This document shows positions 9,273 to 17,816 of a stretch of DNA of 27,143 nucleotides, one piece after another (positions within the stretch are counted from its first letter, which is position 1; the number at the start of each line of letters is the position of its first letter). Source of the stretch: an uncultured archaeon (GTDB lineage: Archaea; Asgardarchaeota; Thorarchaeia; Thorarchaeales; Thorarchaeaceae); the NCBI GenBank assembly GCA_964610875.1, contig CAZSWP010000024.1:31170-58312 (forward strand), in the 5' to 3' direction. The notes beneath the pieces were generated by a model that was not told the origin of the DNA, made no database searches, and saw nothing but the letters and a program-made list of their open reading frames with translations. The position numbers and the translations under genes are program-made.

Positions 9273-10411
9273 CGTTTCTTTCGGCGGATTCTTCGTCTAT
9301 CAGAGAAGGTTCTTGTCGCTTTCTCATGTTCCTTTCGAGCTTTTTCGGCTTTTTTCTGGCGTCCACAATTAATGCGAGCTGCACGACCTAATTCAGTGAC
9401 TCGAGATGCTTCCTTTTTGTTCTTCTTTTTCTTGTATAACTTCCGTGCTTTCTCCCAAGCTTCATGGGCACTGCAGAAGTCTTCCAGTCTGGACAGAGTT
9501 GTTGCATATGCATCATACGCATTTGGGTCATCCTTTACTAATGATGTAAATCGGTTCCATGCCTTCGCAGCGTCTTCCCATTCTTCGAGTTCCATGCTGA
9601 CAAAACCCAAATTACGCATAGCGCGAACATATTTCTTATCACGGATAATCGCACGCTTGAAATGCCGAGCTGCATCCTTTAGTCTTCCAGAACGATGTTC
9701 GATCATGCCCATTGTGTTTTCTACATCAGCATTATGTGGGTCAGCTTTTGCTGCTTTCTTCAACGCCCTCATAGCGGATTTCAATTTATCAGCCCTCAAA
9801 TTCGCATCAGCAAGAACCCGCCACACTTCAGGATCCTCAGGTGCAAGCTTACTTGCTCTCTTTGCAGACCTGATGGCTTCCTTATCTTGTTTTGATATTG
9901 AATAAGCAACAGCAAGATGAACTAGTGCAGGAACATTATCCTCATTTAGTTCAAGAGTGCGTTCATAGCTCTTTATCGCAGCTTTGTAGTTTCCAATCTC
10001 TAGGTTCAGATCACCAATTCTAATCCAAAGTTGCCATTCATCTTTGACTGATTTTACAAGAGAGTGTAGACAGGACATCTCCTCAGATACTTCTCCAAGT
10101 ATTCTGTGGGCGACTGCTTTGTCCCTCAAAGCTGCAGGGTTTTCAGGAGAGAAACGCAGTGCTGTTCTGAACGAGTCTAACGCTTCTCTGGCATTTTCTG
10201 GACTGATAGAGATTAGAACATGACCTCTATTAGTATATGCTTGAGCAAGCTTGGAATCCAAACGAATTGCACGATTGAGTGCACGTAATGCAGCCCCAAA
10301 ATCCTCCAGATTGGCAAGAAGTACACCCTTTGTGTTCCAAGCTGATGCATCATCTGGATGCTCTTCAAGATGCTTTTCTATTGATTGTAGTGCTTCTTCA
10401 GGAGAACTCAT
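9269..10411 (-). CDS. Tetratricopeptide repeat protein with a highly basic C-terminus
   Basis: About 9-10 TPR units (e.g. AWNTKGVLLANLEDFGAALRALNRAIRLDS). Start taken as the ATG at 10411 (MSSPEE). Its stop overlaps the convergent gene's stop in CTAG 9269-9272. Confidence 0.85.
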   Translation of the reverse strand: MSSPEEALQSIEKHLEEHPDDASAWNTKGVLLANLEDFGAALRALNRAIRLDSKLAQAYTNRGHVLISISPENAREALDSFRTALRFSPENPAALRDKAVAHRILGEVSEEMSCLHSLVKSVKDEWQLWIRIGDLNLEIGNYKAAIKSYERTLELNEDNVPALVHLAVAYSISKQDKEAIRSAKRASKLAPEDPEVWRVLADANLRADKLKSAMRALKKAAKADPHNADVENTMGMIEHRSGRLKDAARHFKRAIIRDKKYVRAMRNLGFVSMELEEWEDAAKAWNRFTSLVKDDPNAYDAYATTLSRLEDFCSAHEAWEKARKLYKKKKNKKEASRVTELGRAARINCGRQKKAEKARKEHEKATRTFSDRRRIRRKKR

Positions 10412-10511
10412 TCGTACATCAAATGGAGAAACTAAAATCAATACAGAAAAGGCTTCGGTTGCCGGTGCGATAGATACAATACATAAAGATTAGGGGAGAA
10501 ACTGAATTTCG

Positions 10512-11249
10512 ATGAGTCTTGATGGTATTGCTGCGTTCATATTCGACCTTGGTGGAACACTCTATAGACCAGACAGCACACTCGGACACCTAGCCAGACA
10601 AAACTTGATAGAGGCGGGAATTGAACAGTGTGAGAGTCTTACTGATGAGGATATTGAACGAGCATTAAATGAACAACGTGACAACATGCTAGTCAATCTC
10701 ATGCTTGAGAGAAATGTTGACCCTCACTGGGAACCAACTCGTGATGATTGGATTGCATATGACAGGGGTATGTTGGAAATTCTCTGTATTGATGGTGACC
10801 TTGAAACTCTAGCCGAGAAATATCAAGACAAATGGGACGAATACATTAGCAGCTATAAACCAAATTTGATTGACGGTTGTAAAGAGGCACTATTGACACT
10901 GAAAGAAATGGGATACCAACTGGGAATTGCCTCAAACAGATTTGGAAACCCTACAAAATATCTGAAGACCGATGGAATCCTGGATCTCTTTGAAATGGTA
11001 GAATACACAGCAGTCCCCGGATACGCGAAACCATCACCCTACATGTTGTTCAGAGTTTCTACAGCAATGGGTCTCAATCCCAAGAAATGTGCCTATGTGG
11101 GAAACATTGTCGAGTATGATGTGATTGCAGCACAGAACGCAGGAATGACTCCAATCCTTCTGACATGGTGTGATTCAGAACAAGCAGAGCTTGCACCTGA
11201 CGGGACTATTAGCTGTGAAGATATCAGAGAACTCTTTTCATATCTATAG
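10512..11249 (+). CDS. HAD-superfamily hydrolase
   Basis: Motif I FIFDLGGTL, motif II GIASN, motif III KPSP and motif IV YVGNIVEYDV.AAQNAGM. Confidence 0.85.
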   Translation: MSLDGIAAFIFDLGGTLYRPDSTLGHLARQNLIEAGIEQCESLTDEDIERALNEQRDNMLVNLMLERNVDPHWEPTRDDWIAYDRGMLEILCIDGDLETLAEKYQDKWDEYISSYKPNLIDGCKEALLTLKEMGYQLGIASNRFGNPTKYLKTDGILDLFEMVEYTAVPGYAKPSPYMLFRVSTAMGLNPKKCAYVGNIVEYDVIAAQNAGMTPILLTWCDSEQAELAPDGTISCEDIRELFSYL

Positions 11250-11326
11250 ATGTGATATCGCCCAAAGGGGTACCTTCAATTAGCTCATTGATACTCAAAA
11301 AAACAACATCGAGGAAGGTTCATCCA

Positions 11327-12082
11327 GTGAAACGCAAGAGTGCAATAACCCTAAGCATCTTGATAATCATACTTACTCCGTTTCTTCTCATGCCTATGAT
11401 CTCTGCTCAATCACATGGACTTGAATGGAATGTCGAAGAGGAGGATGTATATCCCTATGTTCTACAACGGAAACTACTTGATTCATCAGCTGTTGGTGTG
11501 GTTCCCTACTGGATGCGTTTTGTCAGTTCACTAGATGAAGGACAGAAGTTCAATATTGTGATAACCTATCTTGATGATCTCCCTGAGGACTTAGAGCCTT
11601 CTGATGATACAGGATTTTCATACGTATCTCTGGTCAGAACAAATGATTCTGAAACCATAAGAATCAACTCGACTGCGTTCGTTCTGCCTATCGGGAACTG
11701 GACATTTCAGACCGAACGCTTGGGTGGTACTCCTGGTGTTGATTTCACACTCACAGATAATGCAGAAGAGTGGGGAATTGTTCAAGAGGGTAGCTTCCTG
11801 TCTGGTAGCACAACGGTTAGCTACTACTTGGAATGGCGCTATGAAAAAGAGAATGGAACCCTGAGTTATGCACGATACAAAGCAAGTGCACTAGGTACAG
11901 ACCTCGTTGACATTATATTTGCACATTGGTATGAAGGAATGCCCACTATACTTCCGCCAGATATACAATTGGCCACAGTGCTTTTCATTATTGTAGGAAT
12001 ACTGATGGCAGTTATTATTGGATTCTCTGCATACAAATGGCAAAAATCGAAGAAATCCCTTGTAAGAAGACTTGGAGAGTGA
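11327..12082 (+). CDS. Exported, C-terminally membrane-anchored hypothetical protein
   Basis: GTG at 11327 is preceded by GAGGAAGG. It has a signal peptide (KRK plus a hydrophobic stretch ending ISAQ), an acidic beta-rich ectodomain, a C-terminal TM helix and a basic tail. Confidence 0.7.
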   Translation: MKRKSAITLSILIIILTPFLLMPMISAQSHGLEWNVEEEDVYPYVLQRKLLDSSAVGVVPYWMRFVSSLDEGQKFNIVITYLDDLPEDLEPSDDTGFSYVSLVRTNDSETIRINSTAFVLPIGNWTFQTERLGGTPGVDFTLTDNAEEWGIVQEGSFLSGSTTVSYYLEWRYEKENGTLSYARYKASALGTDLVDIIFAHWYEGMPTILPPDIQLATVLFIIVGILMAVIIGFSAYKWQKSKKSLVRRLGE

Positions 12083-12431
12083 AACATTGAAACCACCTGA
12101 AGAAATTCCTGAAGTGGACTGGAGAAAGGAGAATGTTCATGAAACATTCTCAGTTGGTCAAAAATTCAGAATGCGTTTTCATAGACATGGTTCTGTGGGT
12201 GAAGATGCTGAGTTTGAGATTGAAGACGAAACGATTGTAAATCATGTGGCTTCTGAATCGGAGTATCTACATCCCGAGCATATGAAGAAACCTGGTTGGA
12301 CAGGTGGGGATGCTGAACGAGCTTATTGGTTATTTGAAACGCAAAGTACGGGTTCAACCAAGATTGTAGTACGGGTCCTCTTTAGATTCAAGGTTGAGAG
12401 TGAACACATTGTCATAATTGAAGTAAAATAA
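12072..12431 (+). CDS. Hypothetical protein, possibly chagasin/I42 inhibitor-like Ig fold
   Basis: VGQKFRMRF..HGSVG and PGWTGGDAERAYWLFETQSTGSTKIVV resemble the I42 family pattern. It overlaps the upstream stop by 11 nt. Confidence 0.5.
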   Translation: MESETLKPPEEIPEVDWRKENVHETFSVGQKFRMRFHRHGSVGEDAEFEIEDETIVNHVASESEYLHPEHMKKPGWTGGDAERAYWLFETQSTGSTKIVVRVLFRFKVESEHIVIIEVK

Positions 12432-12440
12432 GCCTTCTAA

Positions 12441-13181
12441 TTAGACATACCCCCATACAAATGTGTAACTAGCCTCATAGTCAAGTCGTTCTCCATCAGA
12501 CATTGCTTGACGAATCTTTTCAAAGCCAGCCTTGTATGTATCATCAGATATCTTGTGTAGCATTGAAAATCCTCTTTTTTCAACAGTCACTAGAAACTCA
12601 TCGCCCAGACGGATGGGTTCAAAGACATAGCTCTTAGAAATAATGTCGATGAATCCCACACTCTCTAGAATTTGTTCTATATGAGAGATAGTAGGATAAC
12701 GAGCTTGATCAATTGCAATGGTATCAGGAAAGAATCTCGATGTTGTTCTATTTTCTATTTGCTCATGAGACTGTGTGACAATGCAGACTCCTCCATCTTC
12801 AGTAAGCACCCTGCGAATCTCGGAGCAGACTGCAGAAGCATCAGGAAGATGATGTAGTACTTCGGTCATGAATACAAAATCAAAAGAAGCTTCTGCGAAG
12901 GGTAGTTTGTCAGCAGGGCATTGTATAAAACTCAGCGATGGTACTTTTGCCAGTGCTTTTCTAAGCATGCCACCTGAGAGGTCTACTCCAACTATCCTAC
13001 TGTTTGTGAGCTTCTCAAAGAGATATGTATTGTTCCCAGTGCCGCATCCGATATCAAGTGCATTTGTGATTTTCTTATCTAAGTTAATGACAATCTGGGT
13101 GACCATCTCCTCATCCCCAGTTCGAATTTGGTCATAAACTTGGGAAACAGAGTCATAGTCTATGTTCTTGTGATGTGGCAT
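12441..13181 (-). CDS. Class I SAM-dependent methyltransferase (Methyltransf_11-like)
   Basis: ALDIGCGTG, GVDLSGGML, LPFAEASFDFV, VLHHL and EIRRVL..DG. SD GGAGT upstream. Confidence 0.9.
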   Translation of the reverse strand: MPHHKNIDYDSVSQVYDQIRTGDEEMVTQIVINLDKKITNALDIGCGTGNNTYLFEKLTNSRIVGVDLSGGMLRKALAKVPSLSFIQCPADKLPFAEASFDFVFMTEVLHHLPDASAVCSEIRRVLTEDGGVCIVTQSHEQIENRTTSRFFPDTIAIDQARYPTISHIEQILESVGFIDIISKSYVFEPIRLGDEFLVTVEKRGFSMLHKISDDTYKAGFEKIRQAMSDGERLDYEASYTFVWGYV

Positions 13182-13282
13182 TATAGATACTCCTAGTATT
13201 GACCAACATAAAAGCTAAACTGAGAAAATGTTAGTCTTCTGGGGAGAAATGTAGAAAGAAGAGGTAGGGGGATATAGTCACA

Positions 13283-14674
13283 CTAGCCCCTACCAAAGAA
13301 TTGCCTGTGTACTGCTTTCACTGCTTTCTCTACAGCATCATTATCGACAATGAAGTAGTAGGCAACTTCTGATGCACCTGCAGAGAACATCTCTACATTT
13401 ATTCCAGCATTAGCAACAGCTGAGAAGACTTTAGCAGCAAGACCTTTCGTAGTCAAGAGACCCTCACCTACGACTGCAATGAGGGCAAAATCATCTCGCG
13501 GTTGGATTCGCTCAATCACTCCACCAGTCAGGTCTTTCAGTGTTGTTTCTGCCCTTCTAAGGTCTTCTTTTGCCAATAATAGATTGATACAGGTCTGAGC
13601 TGTTATTACCGAGAAAATATTGATTTTTGCGTCGGACAACCTTCGACCAATATCTCCAATTATTCCTGGTTTATAACCAACACCTGCACCATGGATTCTC
13701 AGCACTGCTACAGATTTATTGAATGTCACACTCTTTATGACATCTCGTTTAGTATGACCATTCTCCTGTACAACTGTGACACTATCTGGTTGGTCTAGGT
13801 TCTTTACAAAGATCTTGATGGCTGTGCTAATCAAGGGCTCAACTGTTCTTGGATGAAATACTCTTGCACCAAAATATGACAGTTCAGCTGCCTCAAGATA
13901 AGAAAGAGTTTCGACCGTCTTAGCTGAATTGATGACCTCAGGGTCAGCAGTCATGAAACCGTCAACATCTTTCCATATGTGAATCTCTTCAACATCAAGT
14001 ATTCGAGCTATGGCAGCAGCACTATAGTCAGACCCATTCCTACCGAAGGATGTTGTCTTGCCATCGGATGCACACCCGATGAATCCGGTGATGATCGGGA
14101 TTGTTCCTTGTTGCAACAGAGGTAGCAAATGTTGTTTGATATTTTCAGTTGCCATAGAAAAATCGACTGCTGCATTTGAACAGACCGAATCGGTGACAAG
14201 ACCAATCTTATCTGCATCCAAAGATTTTGCTTTTAAACCATTACTGATCAGCACACCAGTCAACAACAGGGATGCTAGTCGTTCACCATAACTGAGAACG
14301 AGCACATGTATTGTTTCAGTCACTTCACCAGTATATGCAATTCCGTAGAGTAGACGTTTCATTTTCTCAAGTCTTGCATCAAGTCCTGTCAAAACCTTTT
14401 GTCGAACTTGAAAATCAGTCACCGTCTTCATTAATATGGTAAGATGGAGATTACGAATACCTTCGAGTATTGGTTCTATCTTTTCATCCGAGTCAAGAGC
14501 TGAGTTGATTGCGGACTCTAGAATATCAGTCACTCCGTTGATTGCTGAAACAACCACAACAGGAGGAACAGGATAACTCTCTCTGAGAATCTCTGTGACT
14601 CTGAGAAAGGCATCCTCAGACTTGAGGCAGCCACCTCCGAATTTCATTACAACAGGCTTGGAAATCTGACTCAT
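13283..14674 (-). CDS. lysC: Aspartate kinase with two ACT domains
   Basis: VMKFGG, VVVVSA..GVTD, SYGERL, GFIG...GRNGSDYSA, WKDVDGFMTADP, EAAELSYFGARVFHP and C-terminal ACT repeats. Its ATG overlaps the asd stop (TAATG). Confidence 0.93.
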   Translation of the reverse strand: MSQISKPVVMKFGGGCLKSEDAFLRVTEILRESYPVPPVVVVSAINGVTDILESAINSALDSDEKIEPILEGIRNLHLTILMKTVTDFQVRQKVLTGLDARLEKMKRLLYGIAYTGEVTETIHVLVLSYGERLASLLLTGVLISNGLKAKSLDADKIGLVTDSVCSNAAVDFSMATENIKQHLLPLLQQGTIPIITGFIGCASDGKTTSFGRNGSDYSAAAIARILDVEEIHIWKDVDGFMTADPEVINSAKTVETLSYLEAAELSYFGARVFHPRTVEPLISTAIKIFVKNLDQPDSVTVVQENGHTKRDVIKSVTFNKSVAVLRIHGAGVGYKPGIIGDIGRRLSDAKINIFSVITAQTCINLLLAKEDLRRAETTLKDLTGGVIERIQPRDDFALIAVVGEGLLTTKGLAAKVFSAVANAGINVEMFSAGASEVAYYFIVDNDAVEKAVKAVHRQFFGRG

Positions 14675-15726
14675 TATAGTACCTCCTTTGCTTGTGCAAA
14701 TTCAGCATTCAGCATAGAAGCTCCTGCAGCACCACGAATGGTATTATGAACAAGCAGAAAGAAACTCAAACGGCGTCCTGATTTTCGCAAACGCCCAATC
14801 TGTATACCCATCCCAACATCTTTAGAATCTATAATGAGGTCTCTTGTAGGTTGTGGTCGGTCATCTTCTAGATGGACAATGATGGGCTTAGCAGGAGCGG
14901 TTGGAAGCTCTAATTCTTGAGGTTCACCGGAAAAGTTACTAAATTCATCTTTAATCTCATCGATAGAAAATTTCTTTTCCAGCTCTACAACCACACTCTC
15001 AAGATGGCCATTTACCACAGGCACTCGTGCACAACTTGCTGTTACTTGAAATTTTGCAGGTGAGATTCGATTGTCTTCCGCCACTCCAAGTATCTTTCGA
15101 GTTTCGGATTCAATCTTTTCTTCCTCTCCAGATATGTATGGAATCACATTGCCAAGAATGTCTAGTGATGCTACTCCACGACGACCAGCACCAGATATCG
15201 CTTGATACGTTGATACAGTCACATGTTTTATGCCAAATGACATCAATGGCTTCAAACCGAAGACTAGACCTGAAGTTGTACAATTGGAATTCGTAACAAT
15301 GAAGGCATCATCATATTCTTGGTTGTGAACCAGATCAAGATGTTCAGGATTGATATCCGGAATAAGGATAGGTACATTCTCTCTCATCCGATGGGCACTA
15401 GCATTTGAGAATACTGGAATGCCAAACTCTGCAAAATCAGATTCGATTTCTGAAGCTATTCCACCAGGGAGAGCACTGAATACGAAATCAATCTCATTTT
15501 CCAATGCAGTTTCCACAGAAGAGTGCACTAATTCAAAGGAACAGATTTCTTCAGGAACCCTATCGGACACAATCCAATCTGTGGCATTCTCATACTTCAT
15601 CCCGATGGAATGTTCAGATGCCATGAGAAGCGAGGTTTCAAAATATGGATGGTTCTCGAGTAATCGTATGAACTGCTGACCCACCATTCCTGTGGCACCA
15701 AGTATTCCAACTCGCAGTTTACCCAA
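14674..15726 (-). CDS. asd: Aspartate-semialdehyde dehydrogenase (archaeal/fungal type)
   Basis: ILGATGMVGQ, SNASAHRM, catalytic NSNCTT, TYQAISGAG, CARVPVVNGH, DRPQP and HNTIRGAAG. The TTG at 15726 lies 7 nt after GGGGGT. Confidence 0.95.
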   Translation of the reverse strand: MGKLRVGILGATGMVGQQFIRLLENHPYFETSLLMASEHSIGMKYENATDWIVSDRVPEEICSFELVHSSVETALENEIDFVFSALPGGIASEIESDFAEFGIPVFSNASAHRMRENVPILIPDINPEHLDLVHNQEYDDAFIVTNSNCTTSGLVFGLKPLMSFGIKHVTVSTYQAISGAGRRGVASLDILGNVIPYISGEEEKIESETRKILGVAEDNRISPAKFQVTASCARVPVVNGHLESVVVELEKKFSIDEIKDEFSNFSGEPQELELPTAPAKPIIVHLEDDRPQPTRDLIIDSKDVGMGIQIGRLRKSGRRLSFFLLVHNTIRGAAGASMLNAEFAQAKEVL

Positions 15727-16453
15727 ATACAATACCCCCTTCTATTTTTGATATCAAATCATAGTCGACTCGTGCACGAACAATATTTGGCATATCACCA
15801 TAAATCCCAATTGTTTCTCCAATAATTACCATCATGCCCTCAACTTCTATTGTCTGCAATTCTCTCAAAGCAGCATCAACATGTTCAGAATCAACTTCAA
15901 CCACTGCATTTCCAAGAGCCGTAGCAGCTGCATCTGCTAGAGCTACATCTGTTGCATAGACAGTCGCAGCGTCTGCAAACCCCATACTCATTGAGTGCCC
16001 TACAATACCCGATGACGTACAGATTCCAAAGGTTTTACCAAGTCGCTCCACTCGGAGACCTAGATTCTTGAGACCTTTCTGTCCCGTGTAGATACCCACT
16101 GTTATTGGGTGTGTCAAATGCATTGCAATATCACCACCATTATCAAACACGACATGCTCAGCACCAGCATCAAGTGCATCTTCAACGACTTGTTGAGCTA
16201 TGGCACCAGCTACAGCAGCCATAGGACCAACCCCAACCCGAGCTGCTGCCATCGTCATTCGTTTCACGATGTCAGGAGAACTCTCTGCTATATCAGTTGG
16301 GCAGAGTGTTGATTTGAAGAAGGAATCAGAATTAATATACTGAATCAGGTCATCATGTGCCCTCTTCACAGAGTCCTCAATTACTGGTAGAAACTCCTTG
16401 TCCACAATGACGTTCGCTATTGTTTCACCTATATTTAGAGAATATCGTTCCAT
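15719..16453 (-). CDS. UPF0280 / ApbE-like protein (Methanosarcina MA1715 homologue, sulfide assimilation)
   Basis: GVGPMAAVAGAIA, DNGGDIA, GICTSSG.VGHS.S.G.ADA and LADAAATA. The ATG at 16453 follows GAGGTG; alternative starts are 16459 and 16462. Confidence 0.88.
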   Translation of the reverse strand: MERYSLNIGETIANVIVDKEFLPVIEDSVKRAHDDLIQYINSDSFFKSTLCPTDIAESSPDIVKRMTMAAARVGVGPMAAVAGAIAQQVVEDALDAGAEHVVFDNGGDIAMHLTHPITVGIYTGQKGLKNLGLRVERLGKTFGICTSSGIVGHSMSMGFADAATVYATDVALADAAATALGNAVVEVDSEHVDAALRELQTIEVEGMMVIIGETIGIYGDMPNIVRARVDYDLISKIEGGIVFG

Positions 16454-16463
16454 TTGCATCACC

Positions 16464-17816
16464 TCAGCTCCTTACTACAATAGCCCGATGGGGACATATG
16501 TCACGACACTCACCGCAACGCACACATAATCGGGGATCATCAATCACTCGCCAATGTGCATCCCGTGTGAATACTCCTGCTGAGCAGTAAGATATACAGA
16601 GACCGCAATGCACACATCGTTCAGTTGCTCTGTAGACAAACTGTCCATTTGGTACAGTAAGCTGGGCTTTGGGACCTGCAAAGGTGCTTTGTGGTTCTCT
16701 TTGTACCATTGTCTTTGCAGATTCAGAGGCACTAATTCGTTCTACCGCTTCTGTAAGTTTGAATGCTCCTTTGGAAATCTTCTGTTTCAACTCATTTGCA
16801 ATCTTTTCTGCAACCCGAAAACTTGACACTGGAGCAACAGGTACCTCTGTATTCTGAATCTCAATGACCCCGGACTTCAATTTTGCATAGGTTGTGTCTG
16901 CAAGTGCAGGACGTTCTCTTGAGAGTAAGCTGTAATCAAAGACCTTTGTCTTTATTTCTGCATCTGTGATTGCGGTGGACTTGGCTATATCAGCATTCAA
17001 AACGGGGATTGGAACTCCAACACCCACAAAGAGTGTGCATCCATATCCAGTCATGGTAGCACCTTTGAGATACTCTGAACTCATCCTCTTCAGATTTCCT
17101 TGGACCATTAGTGTTCCAAAACCAGTAGCAGGACTATGTTGAGTGCCACTACCAACAATGAAACCTTCCCCACCACCAAGGAAAATTCTTGTGCCAATAC
17201 CAATTGTACGAAATGTAGGGTCGTTTATGATAGGGGAGAGTTCCCCAGCTCCTGAAAAAGTTGCATTCCCTTTGTCCGCGAGAAGTTTTCCCATGTAGGT
17301 GTAGAGAGTCTTTCCAGTAGTATTGGTAGCAACTCCATAACGCTCGTAACAATTTCGAGGGTTAGCTAGGATGGCTTGGTTTAGCTCATCCATTCTAATC
17401 TCTACATCGAGTTCTTTTCGGGGATAGCAGTCAGTACCGTATGCTTCTGCTTTAAGATGCACGGACTTTCCACTTACAAGATCTTCAATGACATGTCCAC
17501 CTCCATATTCGAACTCATAGGATTCTGAGAGTTGAGTTGCACCTAGATATGCGTCAACAGCCGCCACTGCTGCGTAAGCCTCTACATCGTTCAACCAAAC
17601 ACGTGACATCTTCATAGGAGGTTCACTATGTCCAAAGTTCATCCAGACTCCGGACGAGCACATAGCACCAAAAGTACCGGTAGTGACAACGTCTACTTCT
17701 ACAGCAGCTTTGTCGGCACCCAGTTCTGCAACAATTTCACTCATCTCCGCAGCAGTCACAACGCGAACACTGCCGTCCGATATCTTCTCGTTAATCTCAT
17801 TCACTGTCTTGTTCAT
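16464..17816 (-). CDS. L-aspartate semialdehyde sulfurtransferase (DUF39 homocysteine synthase, MA1821/MJ0100 family) fused to a C-terminal 2x[4Fe-4S] ferredoxin
   Basis: EINEKI, VVTAAEM, VDVVTTGTFGAMCSSG, YGGGHVIEDL, GTDCYPR, NPRNCY, SGAGELSP and TIGIGTRIFLGG. The C-terminus has CVHCGLCISYC and CVRCGECRDICP. No CBS pair. Confidence 0.9.
   Translation of the reverse strand: MNKTVNEINEKISDGSVRVVTAAEMSEIVAELGADKAAVEVDVVTTGTFGAMCSSGVWMNFGHSEPPMKMSRVWLNDVEAYAAVAAVDAYLGATQLSESYEFEYGGGHVIEDLVSGKSVHLKAEAYGTDCYPRKELDVEIRMDELNQAILANPRNCYERYGVATNTTGKTLYTYMGKLLADKGNATFSGAGELSPIINDPTFRTIGIGTRIFLGGGEGFIVGSGTQHSPATGFGTLMVQGNLKRMSSEYLKGATMTGYGCTLFVGVGVPIPVLNADIAKSTAITDAEIKTKVFDYSLLSRERPALADTTYAKLKSGVIEIQNTEVPVAPVSSFRVAEKIANELKQKISKGAFKLTEAVERISASESAKTMVQREPQSTFAGPKAQLTVPNGQFVYRATERCVHCGLCISYCSAGVFTRDAHWRVIDDPRLCVRCGECRDICPHRAIVVRS

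Noticed and set aside
10512-11249. Non-canonical HAD motifs (DxGGT, GN..YD) as a sign of an inactive enzyme
   Set aside because: The nucleophile Asp, the Lys and the final Asp are retained, and such variants are common among HAD hydrolases.
13201-13236. GACCAACAT/ATGTTAGTC inverted repeat between lysC and the methyltransferase
   Set aside because: A single instance with an 18-nt spacer. Operator, terminator and chance cannot be told apart.
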